DNA of 64,000 nt from Acidobacteriota bacterium (GCA_016199675.1 JACQGE010000126.1:1527-65526); one strand, 5' to 3'. Positions 7,590 to 17,225 are shown, counted from the first letter of the stretch. Notes: generated by a model from the letters alone, not told the origin. Translations and numbers: made by a program.

Positions 7590-8804
7590 ATGAGCCAGAG
7601 GAAGAATCCCAACGAGTGTATTCCCCAAGGCTTTCTTTTTGCCGCTGAAGAAGGGGGCTTGCGGACCCACGGCAGCGGGCCGGACGTGGCCTTGATTTAT
7701 ACCGTCGCGCCCGCAAGGGTAGCCGCACTGTTCACCGCTAATCGAGTGAAAGCCGCTCCGATCCTGGTCTCTCAGGACCACCTGCGAGGCAGTCTCCGGA
7801 CGGCGCGAGCCATTGTGGTCAACGCTGGCAATGCGAATTGCGCTACGGGCGAATCGGGGATTCGCGCTGCCCGGCAATGCGCAACAGAAACGGCCCGACT
7901 GCTGAAGATACGCCCGAATCAGGTCTTGCTGGCCTCTACGGGCGTCATCGGCGTGCCCCTGAATGCGAGTGTCATCACCCGCATTCTGCCGTCGCTCGCC
8001 CGTCAACTGCATCCGGAGGGATACGTAGCCGCATCGCGGGCGATTTTAACGACCGATACCCGGCCCAAAGTTGCCGCCCGCAGCCTGCTGATTTCCGGCC
8101 GACGCATCACCATTCTGGGCATGGCCAAAGGCGCCGGAATGATCTATCCGCGAATGGCGACCATGCTGGGTTTTATTTTTACAGATGCCGCTGTCGAGCC
8201 GCCGTTTCTGCGGGCCGCCACGCGCCGCATGGGTGAGTTGAGCTTCAACCGCATCTCGGTGGATGGCGACACCTCGACGAACGACACCGTCTTTGTACTG
8301 GCCAACGGCATGGCTGGCAACAAACCCATCCAAGAAAAAAGTCCTGCCGGGAAGAAATTCTTAGAGGTTCTGACGGCAGTGGCGCAAGAGTTGGCCATTG
8401 AGATGGTCCGGGACGGGGAAGGTGCACGAAAACTAGCCGAAATCCGCGTGGAAGGAACCGTCACCGAAAAGCAGGCCGATGCCATCGCCCGCTCCATTGC
8501 CCTCTCTTCTTTGGTCAAGACCGCTCTGGCTGGCGCCGATCCGAACTGGGGCCGGATCCTGGCGGCGGCGGGCAATGCCGGAGTGGCGTTCGACCCACAT
8601 CACGTTGACATTTATCTGAATCGCACCCTGGTTTGCAAGAACGGCGTGGCGACCCATTTCAGCGAACCGACTCTCCAGCGTCAATTGCGCGCTAAAGAAG
8701 TCCTCATACGGGTCATCTTTAAACAAGGCCGTGCCCAGACCCGCTTTTGGACTTGCGATTTCACGGAAGAATACATCCGCATCAACGCCAGCTACCGCAC
8801 TTAG
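7590..8804 (+). CDS. argJ: Bifunctional glutamate N-acetyltransferase / amino-acid acetyltransferase
   Basis: The autoproteolytic site ATMLGFIFTDA, with its Thr nucleophile, and the C-terminus ...YIRINASYRT match ArgJ end to end. The start was set at MSQRKN (7590). The upstream 80 codons of the track ORF lie in the divergent intergenic region. Confidence 0.9.
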   Translation: MSQRKNPNECIPQGFLFAAEEGGLRTHGSGPDVALIYTVAPARVAALFTANRVKAAPILVSQDHLRGSLRTARAIVVNAGNANCATGESGIRAARQCATETARLLKIRPNQVLLASTGVIGVPLNASVITRILPSLARQLHPEGYVAASRAILTTDTRPKVAARSLLISGRRITILGMAKGAGMIYPRMATMLGFIFTDAAVEPPFLRAATRRMGELSFNRISVDGDTSTNDTVFVLANGMAGNKPIQEKSPAGKKFLEVLTAVAQELAIEMVRDGEGARKLAEIRVEGTVTEKQADAIARSIALSSLVKTALAGADPNWGRILAAAGNAGVAFDPHHVDIYLNRTLVCKNGVATHFSEPTLQRQLRAKEVLIRVIFKQGRAQTRFWTCDFTEEYIRINASYRT

Positions 8805-8952
8805 CGGACTGGTAAGCGAACCCATAAGCCCACAACACAAAGATAATGCCTGCCTTATGACCGCAGGGCCGAACACATCGCGGCTGCGAACAGCTCTTTT
8901 TCATTCGATTTTTCCTGCCCACTCCCATTGAAGCCGACTAAGATAAGCTCTC

Positions 8953-10080
8953 ATGTTCCTCTGCCCGAATTGTAATGAGCGGCTGGTGCGCACTGAAAAG
9001 GGCGATGAGGGTTTCTGGGTCTGCCCATCCTGCGGGGGACGGGCGGCCAATATTGTCGTGCTCCGCCGCACGGTCGCCCGGCAGGAAATTAATCGTTTGT
9101 GGGCATGCGTTCGGGAAGGCAAAACTGAACCTGGACGGCCCTGCCCCGCTTGTGAGCGGCCGATGGTGGTCATTCATACCGACGAATCGGTCGTCCAATC
9201 GCTGTCACTCGATGTCTGTACACGCTGTCAGTTCATCTGGTTTGACCCGAAAGAGTTCGAAGTATTGCCCCCTGCATCCCCGCCCCATAGGGTTGACGAA
9301 AAACAACTGCCCATGGAGGCGCGCCTCTTGCTGGCGAAATACGAAATCGAGCAAATTGACGATCAACTGCCTCTCGAACTCGACGAAGTTCCCCCGACTC
9401 CAGATTGGAAAACATTGCCAGCTTTCTTGGGTATGCCTGTCGAATATGAAAACCATGTACTGCAGAATCGGCCTTGGGCGACTTGGGTGCTGGCTACGGT
9501 GGTCAGCCTTTTCAGCTTTTTGGCGTTTCTAGACTTCGAAAACGCAGTCCGAGAATTTGCTTTGATCCCAGCCGAAGTGGGACGGTATTGGGGACTAACC
9601 CTGCTCACCGCGTTTTTCTTGCATGCCAACTGGCTTCATCTACTCGGTAATATCTATTTTTTGCTGGTCTTCGGCGATGATGTCGAAGAATATCTTGGCA
9701 AAAGCCGATATCTGTTGGTTCTGCTGCTAGCGATCGTGACAGGTGGCGTGCTGCACTCCCTTGCGCATCCAGATTCCACAACCCCTGTCGTCGGAGCCCG
9801 CGCCGGGATTTCAGGCATTCTGGTTTTTTATTGTTTACAGTATCCACGAGCGCGATTGGGGTTCCTGGTCCGCTATCTTTTCATTTTTCGATGGATTCGT
9901 CTGCGCGCCTGGATGTATATGCTTCTGTGGATTGTTCTCCAATCCCTGGGGGCTTTGCAACAATTGAGCGGGGTTACGCAGATTTCGTTCTTGGGCCACC
10001 TGGGAGGTGCAACAATCGGACTTTTATTTTGGCTATTGTGGAAGTGGGGCCTTCCTTCCCGACAAGAACATTATCATTAG
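8953..10080 (+). CDS. Rhomboid-family intramembrane serine protease with two N-terminal zinc-ribbon modules
   Basis: The N-terminus has CPNC...CPSC and CPAC...CTRC Cys pairs. The C-terminal half has 6 TM helices with GARAGISG (GxSG) and HLGGA (catalytic His), as in rhomboids. Confidence 0.75.
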   Translation: MFLCPNCNERLVRTEKGDEGFWVCPSCGGRAANIVVLRRTVARQEINRLWACVREGKTEPGRPCPACERPMVVIHTDESVVQSLSLDVCTRCQFIWFDPKEFEVLPPASPPHRVDEKQLPMEARLLLAKYEIEQIDDQLPLELDEVPPTPDWKTLPAFLGMPVEYENHVLQNRPWATWVLATVVSLFSFLAFLDFENAVREFALIPAEVGRYWGLTLLTAFFLHANWLHLLGNIYFLLVFGDDVEEYLGKSRYLLVLLLAIVTGGVLHSLAHPDSTTPVVGARAGISGILVFYCLQYPRARLGFLVRYLFIFRWIRLRAWMYMLLWIVLQSLGALQQLSGVTQISFLGHLGGATIGLLFWLLWKWGLPSRQEHYH

Positions 10081-10250
10081 CAAAAATTCGCACATTTGGT
10101 TGGGTCAAACTTCCCAAATCTTTTATGACATAAGAGTTTTATCTGTAATACATTCAAAAAATAAGAGTTAATTGTAATTTTTCATTTGAGTATTTGGAAC
10201 ATTAATTGCTCTTAAAAAAATGGAGGACTACACGAAAGGAGGATAATTAT

Positions 10251-11177
10251 ATGCTCCTGAAAAGTAGTCATTTACCGCATTCTGTCTATCTCCATTGGAA
10301 GCGATGGTTTTTTATTCTGGCAATGGTTCTGTTGTATTTATTCCTCTTGGTCAGTGGTGTAAAAGGCCAGCAGGGAATGCCGTGGCATTGGATGCATATG
10401 CCCAGGGCTCTTCAATCCTGGACTTCGGTAAAAATGAGTAGTCCTCCAGCGGCAGATTCCGAACTATTGATTACAGGAAAGAAGGTTTATCTCAACAATT
10501 GCGCGGCTTGCCATGGCGATATGGGTAAGGGAGACGGGAGATGGGCCAATTATCTGGTACCCCGGCCACGCAATTTCAGCCGCGGGATCTTCCGTTTTAA
10601 AAGCACTCCCAGCGGCACATTGCCCACCGATAATGATCTCTTCCGCACGATCTCCGCAGGTATTAACGCCACAGCAATGCCATCGTGGCAGTTTGTTCTT
10701 CCGGAAAAAGAACGGTGGGCGGTAGTCTCCTACTTGAAAACGCTTTGCAAGGATTTTGCAGAGGAAGCAGCGGGCAAGCCGATCATCCTAACTCCCAGTT
10801 CTGACATCACTCCAGGGCGAATGGTTCAGGAGGGAAAGGAAATTTTCCGTAAAAATTGCGTGGAGTGCCATGGGCCGGAAGGATACGGAGACGGGCCCTC
10901 CGCCCTGAATATGGAAGATTCTTTTGGCGATCCAATTGAGCCGCGCAACTTCCATCGAGCAGCAGAATTCAAAAGGGGCCATACGTTAGCCGATATCGCT
11001 TTGGTAGTAGCCACCGGCAATGATGGCACTCCCATGCCTTCATTTGATTTGGGGAAAGAGAACATCTGGAATGTGGCCAGCTTTGTCATGAGCCTGGCGA
11101 AAGAAAAGGAAGAAGGATCAGAGCCAAATGGTTACTGCCCGATGGGAATGGGGATGCGGATGGGAATGAAAAGATAG
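10251..11177 (+). CDS. Dihaem c-type cytochrome (class I), secreted or membrane-anchored
   Basis: Two CxxCH motifs are present (CAACHGDMGKGDG and CVECHGPEGYGDG), with an N-terminal hydrophobic segment. The ATG at 10251 is preceded by AAAGGAGGA, and an AT-rich promoter region lies at 10085-10240. Confidence 0.75.
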   Translation: MLLKSSHLPHSVYLHWKRWFFILAMVLLYLFLLVSGVKGQQGMPWHWMHMPRALQSWTSVKMSSPPAADSELLITGKKVYLNNCAACHGDMGKGDGRWANYLVPRPRNFSRGIFRFKSTPSGTLPTDNDLFRTISAGINATAMPSWQFVLPEKERWAVVSYLKTLCKDFAEEAAGKPIILTPSSDITPGRMVQEGKEIFRKNCVECHGPEGYGDGPSALNMEDSFGDPIEPRNFHRAAEFKRGHTLADIALVVATGNDGTPMPSFDLGKENIWNVASFVMSLAKEKEEGSEPNGYCPMGMGMRMGMKR

Positions 11178-11179
11178 CA

Positions 11180-11213
11180 CGGTTATGGCATGGCTGAACC
11201 CATGCCATAACGG
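11180..11213. terminator. Stem-loop between the convergent cytochrome c and BON genes. Possible bidirectional terminator.
   Basis: GTTATGGCATGG (11182-11193), loop CTGAAC, then CCATGCCATAAC (11200-11211) form a perfect 12-bp stem. There is no clear U-tract on either side. Confidence 0.35.
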
Positions 11214-11236
11214 TCTACACCAAAAGTGAAATTGTT

Positions 11237-11782
11237 CTAACTTCCTACTCTCAAATTGTTCGTTACCGAAAACACGCCGGAAATTCCTTGAACGCGTAAG
11301 TTGGCAATGTTCTTATCCGCCTCGCTATTAACGACACCCTCCAGAGTAACCGTGCCGTTTTTTACAATGATATGGATCGGCGGTACTGCGCCCATTCCGT
11401 AGCGAAATAACGGGCTGTCTTGGGAGAAAAGCGTCCAATAAGCAATTCGGCGTATCTGATCGTCCATGGGGGACAGCGGCAAGACTTCGATTTTATTGAC
11501 GACCTTGCTGACGCCTTCAATCCGTCCTACAACCTGCTCGGCGCTGGACTTCAGCGTCGGCTGCCTCACTTGGCCCGTGAGTATTACGACGTCACCGTCC
11601 AAACGATATTCCAGGTTGTCGAATACACTGTAAAAGGGTAGCGTCACAAGTTCATGACGCACTTCCCTCATCAAACGCGCCTGACCGCGGGGAGTAATCG
11701 GATGCTGAGCCGCCAATGGTTTTCCCAAAAACAATACAATCCCCATTACGACAATTTGTATGATTACCAATTTTCTTTTCAT
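11237..11782 (-). CDS. BON-domain (OsmY-like) periplasmic protein
   Basis: A signal peptide is followed by two BON-like repeats (V...V..G.VTL.G.V). The protein size is typical of OsmY-type proteins. Confidence 0.7.
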   Translation of the reverse strand: MKRKLVIIQIVVMGIVLFLGKPLAAQHPITPRGQARLMREVRHELVTLPFYSVFDNLEYRLDGDVVILTGQVRQPTLKSSAEQVVGRIEGVSKVVNKIEVLPLSPMDDQIRRIAYWTLFSQDSPLFRYGMGAVPPIHIIVKNGTVTLEGVVNSEADKNIANLRVQGISGVFSVTNNLRVGS

Positions 11783-11998
11783 GAGAGATTCCTCCTCTAA
11801 TGTGAGAAATGTCTATTAAATTTGATCGTTTTATGAACGATTAGGTTGTCTTTCAGCAAGATGATGAAAATGGAGGGTTTTTTGATGAGTTCTTGGAAGA
11901 TGGACCTCAGTGGATGAAGCCTCTATCGATTTTGAGGCAGTTACGGCACGCCTGAAGGCTTGCCCTACACAGTTATCCCACAGACTCTAAAGTCGTGC

Positions 11999-13384
11999 TC
12001 AGACCGTAGGCTTTGGCTTGATGTTCTGGTTCACTCGGAAAAAATTGTTCGGATCATATTTGGCTTTGATGACCGCCAGAGAGTCATAGCTGTCGCGGTA
12101 GGTCGCTTTTACGCGGTCCTCGCCTTCTTCCATCATGAAATTGACATACGCGCCGCCCGCAGAGTAGGGGTGCAGAGCTTCCCAATATTTCCTGGCCCAA
12201 TCTATTAAGCGTTCGTTGTTGGCAGGGTCAGGATCAACTCCAACGATGACCTCGGCCCAGGTTGTATCCCGGTAGTTCCAAGCAGTGTCCTTTTTGCTGA
12301 CACGGTGTACCGCGCCATTGACTGGATAGAGGTGCATGGTCGAATGCATGGAGGGAAGTTGGGAGCCATGTTCCACATGGAGCCGAATAGCCTCATCGTT
12401 TAACTCATTCACAAAATCAGCTTTCCAATACCACTGGAGACCCGGCGGGTAAAGCGGGTCGAACATGCTTTGCAGCGCCGGATAAGGCATGGGGCCTACG
12501 AAATCCAAGACGGGGGTCAAGAGTTTGCGAGCCGGCTTAAATACTTTCGCCGCCTTTTTCTCCGGGCCGCAGTAACACCAAACCACCCCACACACTTTCT
12601 TGTTGTGAAGATGTTCCGGAAAGGGAGGGGCGGGGGGCACGGTGAGAAAAGCGAAAAAGCCATTCAACTCCTCGGGCGCCTGCGTGATGAATTCGCGATA
12701 CCATCGCATCACTTCGGGAGCCTGGTCCAGGGTCCAAAACATGGGTCCGCCATGGACGGTGTGGATGGGATGGGCTTTGAAAACAAGAGAAGTGACCACG
12801 CCAAAATTCCCTCCGCCCCCCCGAATCGCCCAAAACAGGTCTTCATTTTGCTTGTTGCTGGCGGTGAGGAAACGGCCATCGGCGAGAACGAGGTCGGCGG
12901 AGATCAGATTGTCAATGGTCAGGCCACATTTGCGGGTGAGGTGGCCGAGGCCGCCGCCGAGTGTCAGGCCGCCAACACCGGTTGTCGAAATGATCCCGGC
13001 AGGCACAGCCAAGCCGAAGGCGTGGGTAGCGTGGTCTACATCGCCCCAAGTGCATCCGCCTCCGACCCGGACGGTTTTGGCTTTGGGGTCAACAAGGGTG
13101 TATCGAATCCGCGAGAGATCAATTACCAAACCATCATCGCAGATGCCCAGCCCTCCTGCGTTATGCCCGCCTCCTCGAATCGAAACCAGCAAGTTATTTT
13201 CTCGGCCAAAATTCACGGCGGCAATGACATCGGCAACGTCGGTACAGCGTGCGATCAGCAAGGGGCGCTTGTGAATCATCCCATTGTAGACTTTGCACGC
13301 TTCCTCATAATTCGGGGCATCGCGATCGATCAATTCTCCGCGCAGCTTTGCTTTTAATTGTCCCATTTCTGCTTTGCCGACCAT
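11999..13384 (-). CDS. FAD-linked oxidase, PCMH-type FAD-binding domain plus berberine-bridge-enzyme-like C-terminus
   Basis: The FAD-binding motif is RGGGHNAGGLGICDDGLVIDLSRI. The C-terminal YVNFMMEEGED...NNFFRVNQNIKP is the BBE-domain signature. The start was set at MVGKAEM, which has a GGGGGA RBS. Confidence 0.8.
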   Translation of the reverse strand: MVGKAEMGQLKAKLRGELIDRDAPNYEEACKVYNGMIHKRPLLIARCTDVADVIAAVNFGRENNLLVSIRGGGHNAGGLGICDDGLVIDLSRIRYTLVDPKAKTVRVGGGCTWGDVDHATHAFGLAVPAGIISTTGVGGLTLGGGLGHLTRKCGLTIDNLISADLVLADGRFLTASNKQNEDLFWAIRGGGGNFGVVTSLVFKAHPIHTVHGGPMFWTLDQAPEVMRWYREFITQAPEELNGFFAFLTVPPAPPFPEHLHNKKVCGVVWCYCGPEKKAAKVFKPARKLLTPVLDFVGPMPYPALQSMFDPLYPPGLQWYWKADFVNELNDEAIRLHVEHGSQLPSMHSTMHLYPVNGAVHRVSKKDTAWNYRDTTWAEVIVGVDPDPANNERLIDWARKYWEALHPYSAGGAYVNFMMEEGEDRVKATYRDSYDSLAVIKAKYDPNNFFRVNQNIKPKPTV

Positions 13385-13592
13385 TGTTTCCCCCTTTGCG
13401 AACAAATAAATTCCGCACACCGCCAAGTGAGGCTAGACAAAAATAGCCTGAGTTAACGCTAAAAACAAGCGGCCAGAAATGACACATCCGCCCTTGGGCG
13501 ACATTGCCCGAATTGCGCAAAAAAGCATTTCCTGTTGCCCTTCTTGCAGGCATAATACAAAGCAGGCAATTCAAAATCAATAGAGCAAAAGG

Positions 13593-14765
13593 ATGGGTCT
13601 AAGTTTCCGGTCGACGACTATCAAGACTTTTATGATTGCTTCAAAAAATTGGATTTCGTCGAGTGTGTTTTTCTACGCCGTAGGGGCCTTTCTGCCAGTA
13701 TGGTTGTTCTCTCAGGCACAACAGGGCCGTTCTCCCAGCGACGCCTGGATGACCGCACCGCCAACTTCCACCGGGATTGCAGTCGGGAAAAGGATCCCCG
13801 ACTTCAACGCCGTTGACCAGTTCGGCAAAATGCGGAACTTTAGCTCCATCCGCGGGCCCAAGGGCGCCGCCATCTTCTTCAACCGCTCTGCGGATTGGTG
13901 ACCCTACTGCAAAACGCAACTCGTCGAGTTGCAACAGAACGCAAATAGATTTCGCCAACAGGGCCTCGGGGTAGTTGTGATTACCTACGATTCAGTCGAA
14001 ATCCTGCGCGATTTTTCGACGCGCCGGAACATCACTATCCCGTTACTCTCGGACCCGAAATCGGAAATGATCCGGGCATTCGGAATCCTGAACACGTCCG
14101 TCCCCCCGACCCATCTGTGGTACGGCGTTCCTTATCCAGGGACTTTCATCGTGGATCAAAATGGAGTCGTGAAGTCTAAATATTTTGAAGACCTGTACTC
14201 GGAACGATATTCCGCTCCAACCATTTTGCTGCGCGAATTTGGCTCCGTTTCCGGCACGCGACAAACAACGGTGGAAACCAAGCATCTCCGATTCAATTAC
14301 CACTCCACGCACGACGTCGTACATCCGGGCTTACGCCTAACCCTAGGTGCAGACTTCCAATTGCCGCCGAAAATGCACGTTTATGCACCGGGGAATCAAA
14401 ACTACATTTCCATCCGTCTGGAGCTCGATGCTTCACCGAACTACAAAGCTCTGCCGGTTCAGTATCCCAAAGCGGAAATCTTGTATCTGTCTGCTATAAA
14501 GGAAAGAGTTCCCGTTTATCAAGGAAGGTTTCGAGTCACTCAGGATATTACCATAGCAACTGGAAGCGTCCTCCAGCCCATCATCGCCAGCAACGGCGAG
14601 CTGAAGATCAGCGGGAAGCTCCGCTATCAGGCTTGCGATGACCAAATCTGCTATTTGCCGGAAACCCTTCCCCTGGAGTGGACTCTAAAAGTGGAATCAC
14701 TGGACCGCGAGCGGGTTCCGGAACCGATCCAGCACAAGCCTGTCCCTGCTACAGAGGGAAGATAA
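13593..14765 (+). CDS. Predicted selenoprotein: a thioredoxin-fold redoxin (AhpC/TSA-like or Redoxin-like) with a U-x-x-C active site. Sec is encoded by the in-frame TGA at 13899-13901. A roughly 170-aa C-terminal extension follows.
   Basis: Two same-frame ORFs (13593..13901 and 13929..14765) are separated only by a TGA. Read through, the sequence is ...AAIFFNRSADW-U-PYCKTQLVELQQ...GVVVITYD...GTFIVDQNGVV. This is a canonical W-C-x-x-C redoxin motif with the first Cys replaced by TGA. The fold continues uninterrupted across the stop. A hairpin lies 15-31 nt downstream. Confidence 0.7.
13911..13937 (+). promoter_or_regulatory. Putative bacterial SECIS element, a stem-loop following the in-frame UGA
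   Basis: GCAACU (13916-13921), loop CGUCG, then AGUUGC (13927-13932) form a 6-bp stem. The apical loop contains GU and lies 21-25 nt 3' of the UGA. This sits within the 16-37 nt window of the bacterial SECIS consensus. Confidence 0.5.
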
Positions 14766-14794
14766 TGGTTTATCCGGAAGTGAGCGGCGGGCGA

Positions 14795-15172
14795 TCAAGG
14801 CGACAGGAAGTCCGCTATCAATCCTGCTTCTAGCCACGCCATCAGCGCCTGAAGGCCTTCGGGCTCTTCCAGAAATGAAATGCCTGCGAGTCCAATCTCC
14901 GTGCGGATGATGCGTCCCCTGGCGTGAATCTCCGTGTTATAACCTTGAATCGCAAAACGGGTTTCGACATCCGTTCCCACCCTCGGCGGAATCTTGCTCA
15001 GAACCAGGAGACCGCCAGCGCTCACATTTATCACTTCGTCAACTTCATCAACCTTATCTCCGGAGACTCCCGCAGGCGTGCGTAGAACTGCCTGACCTTT
15101 TACCAAGAATCGCTTGTGTCGGCGTCTATCGTCGCTGACGGAATGGAACATGTTGAAGCTCCGAACTCCCAA
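14795..15172 (-). CDS. PilZ-domain (c-di-GMP-binding) protein
   Basis: RRRHKRF (the RxxxR motif) and NVSAGGL (the DxSxGG motif) have PilZ spacing. The true start may be the internal MFHSV. Confidence 0.65.
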   Translation of the reverse strand: MGVRSFNMFHSVSDDRRRHKRFLVKGQAVLRTPAGVSGDKVDEVDEVINVSAGGLLVLSKIPPRVGTDVETRFAIQGYNTEIHARGRIIRTEIGLAGISFLEEPEGLQALMAWLEAGLIADFLSP

Positions 15173-15327
15173 GAATACGATACATAATCTACAGGAAGTT
15201 TGACACCTATTGTTCCATCAAGATTACGATTGCCGTATACGATTCGATACGATGGAGGCCCGCCCAACGCTGCATCGGTTTGTTTGGTTCAAAGAAACAG
15301 CAGCCATGAAACAGAGAAAGGGGACTC

Positions 15328-16425
15328 TTAAGAGGGGCGCGCTTTAACCCGCTGCTTCCTGCGTTTCATAGGCTGTTCCAAAAGATCCTGCAAACTTTGG
15401 AGGGGTGAAGATTCCCCGCGCTGCAAATAACCGATTTTTCGCTTCGCGGCATCAATTTGTCGTTCCTGATCGACGACCGTGACGTTCTTTTTAGCAGCCA
15501 GAGTTCCCGGAGGATAAAACATCTGACGGTACATGGGGTAACATTCTGCGCGGAGATGGGCCAACATTTGGTGGGCGCTCCGGGCTTTACGTTCGTAACG
15601 CAGCGTCTGCACATCGAGGGGCGCCACCACAATCCGCTCTCCCGGACCTGGTGAAGCTTGTGCCAGGATGCGGCCGTCATAGTCAACCACCATGCTGCCA
15701 CCCGGCCAGGAGAAGGGGGGATAATGCCTGAGGCTGGCGCCTTGATTGGCGGCTACGACATAGGCGGTGTTCTCCAAAGCCCGGCAGCGATTGACCACCG
15801 TCCACCAGTCCATCGGCTCCGCTGTCCCGAACGGGTCCATATAGGCTGAAACGCGGACCAGAATCTCCGCTCCATTAGCCGTCAGTTGCCGCAGGACTTC
15901 CGGAAACACCCAGTCGTAGCAGATCGCCACGCCAATGTTTCCGATGGGCGTTCGGGCAACGGGAAAGAGCTCTTCCTGGTAGCCCTCCAGATCATGCGGG
16001 CTGGCGTGCACCTCCCACGGTATCCAGGGGTTTACCTTGCGGTATTTGTAGAGAATGCCCTCGGGTCCGATGAGACAGGTGGTGTTAAAGACGGCGTGAG
16101 GCCATTGGGGATCGGCTTCCAGCATGCTCCCGGACTGTACATAGAGATTATATTCCATGGCCTTCTCGCGTATTTTTTCAGTGTGTTCGTTCGGAATGGG
16201 AATGGCGAGCTTTTGCCGCAATTCCTTCGATGTCAGATAGACCGGAGCTGAGTGAGCAAATTCAGGAAAGACGACCAGTTTCACGGGCAGAAGCGGGGCG
16301 TAACCCACGACCGCATAATCAATCATCTGGAGTAACCGGGCGGTGTTCCGCTTCATCTCGGAGCGCCGAACGGGATTGGGAAAATCCGTCTGGCACGCAG
16401 CAGCGTAGTATCTCAGAGTGTCCAT
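15328..16425 (-). CDS. Carbon-nitrogen hydrolase (nitrilase/amidase superfamily) protein
   Basis: The Glu-Lys-Cys triad context is present: VVFPEF, YRKVN and VAICYDWVFPE. The start was chosen at MDTLRYY (ATG 16425), which has a GGGAGG RBS, rather than the TTG at 16491. Confidence 0.8.
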   Translation of the reverse strand: MDTLRYYAAACQTDFPNPVRRSEMKRNTARLLQMIDYAVVGYAPLLPVKLVVFPEFAHSAPVYLTSKELRQKLAIPIPNEHTEKIREKAMEYNLYVQSGSMLEADPQWPHAVFNTTCLIGPEGILYKYRKVNPWIPWEVHASPHDLEGYQEELFPVARTPIGNIGVAICYDWVFPEVLRQLTANGAEILVRVSAYMDPFGTAEPMDWWTVVNRCRALENTAYVVAANQGASLRHYPPFSWPGGSMVVDYDGRILAQASPGPGERIVVAPLDVQTLRYERKARSAHQMLAHLRAECYPMYRQMFYPPGTLAAKKNVTVVDQERQIDAAKRKIGYLQRGESSPLQSLQDLLEQPMKRRKQRVKARPS

Positions 16426-16544
16426 TGCTTCTACCTCCCCGCCGAGAAATAGTTCATCCACCAGTATGGGGATGTGATCTGATCTGTTCAATGGAGAAAG
16501 GAGCGGGCGCGGTCCCCCTGCTGGCCCGGAAATATTAGCGTATC

Positions 16545-16605
16545 AGTCTTGTCAAGAACGCCGATATTGGGTATTATCCCCCATTCGGAAATTCATGTGG
16601 TAGAA
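16545..16605 (+). promoter_or_regulatory. Sigma-70-like promoter upstream of the IS1595-like ORF
   Basis: TTGTCA (16549-16554), a 17-nt spacer, then TATTAT (16572-16577). There is also a TGGTAGAAT extended -10-like element at 16596-16604. The AAGGAG RBS sits at 16612-16617. Confidence 0.3.
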
Positions 16606-16622
16606 TGGCAAAAGGAGTTGCG

Positions 16623-17225
16623 ATGGCGCTGATAGACGCTATCATCAAGAATAAGCGCACTTTTGACACGGAAGAGAAGTGCATTGCTTATTTAGAGAAG
16701 CTGCGATGGCCGGGGGGTGTTTCCTGCCCCTCCTGCGGGTGCGAGAAAATTTCCCGCATCTTGGCGAAAGGAAAATCCGGCAAAAATCGGCGGCTCTACC
16801 AGTGCCTGGAAAAGTCCTGCCGGTACCAATTTTCTCCCACTACGGGAACCATTTTCCACGATAGCCATCTCCCATTGAAGACTTGGTTCGATGCTATTGC
16901 CCTCATTGCTGGTTCCAAAACGGACATATCCGTAAATCAATTGAGGTTGCACCTGGGCATTCAGTACAAGACCGCCCAGCGCATGGTGCAATGCATCCGT
17001 GAAGCTGTACAGGAACGGAGAGTCGCTGAAGAACGGCGGAAACGCAGTGGAAAATTTACGGCCCTAGACCGCTCCCTTGAGCTCCCCGTCAACCTCTTCT
17101 GGAATGGAGGAACGATCATCGGCAACAGCATGAACATTGCCACATCGATGGCAAGAGTAGCTATTCGTTCCCCTTTCTATTTTGCCAAATACATAGTCTC
17201 AAAAGGTTCTCCAGTAAATACATAG
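16623..17225 (+). mobile_element. IS1595/ISXO2-family transposase N-terminal (zinc-ribbon plus HTH) domain ORF lacking the DDE catalytic domain. This is an IS remnant or a domesticated fragment.
   Basis: EEKCIAYLEKLRWPGGVSCPSCGCEK...YQCLEKSCRYQFSPTTGTIFHDSHLPLKTWFDAIALIAGSK...YKTAQRMVQCIREA matches the conserved N-terminus of IS1595 transposases. The ORF ends after 200 aa with no DDE region. I did not identify inverted repeats. Confidence 0.55.

Noticed and set aside
16605-16622. The upstream ATG (MAKGVAM...) as the start of the IS1595-like ORF
   Set aside because: The AAGGAG RBS lies inside this extension, 5 nt before the ATG at 16623, which is therefore the more likely start.
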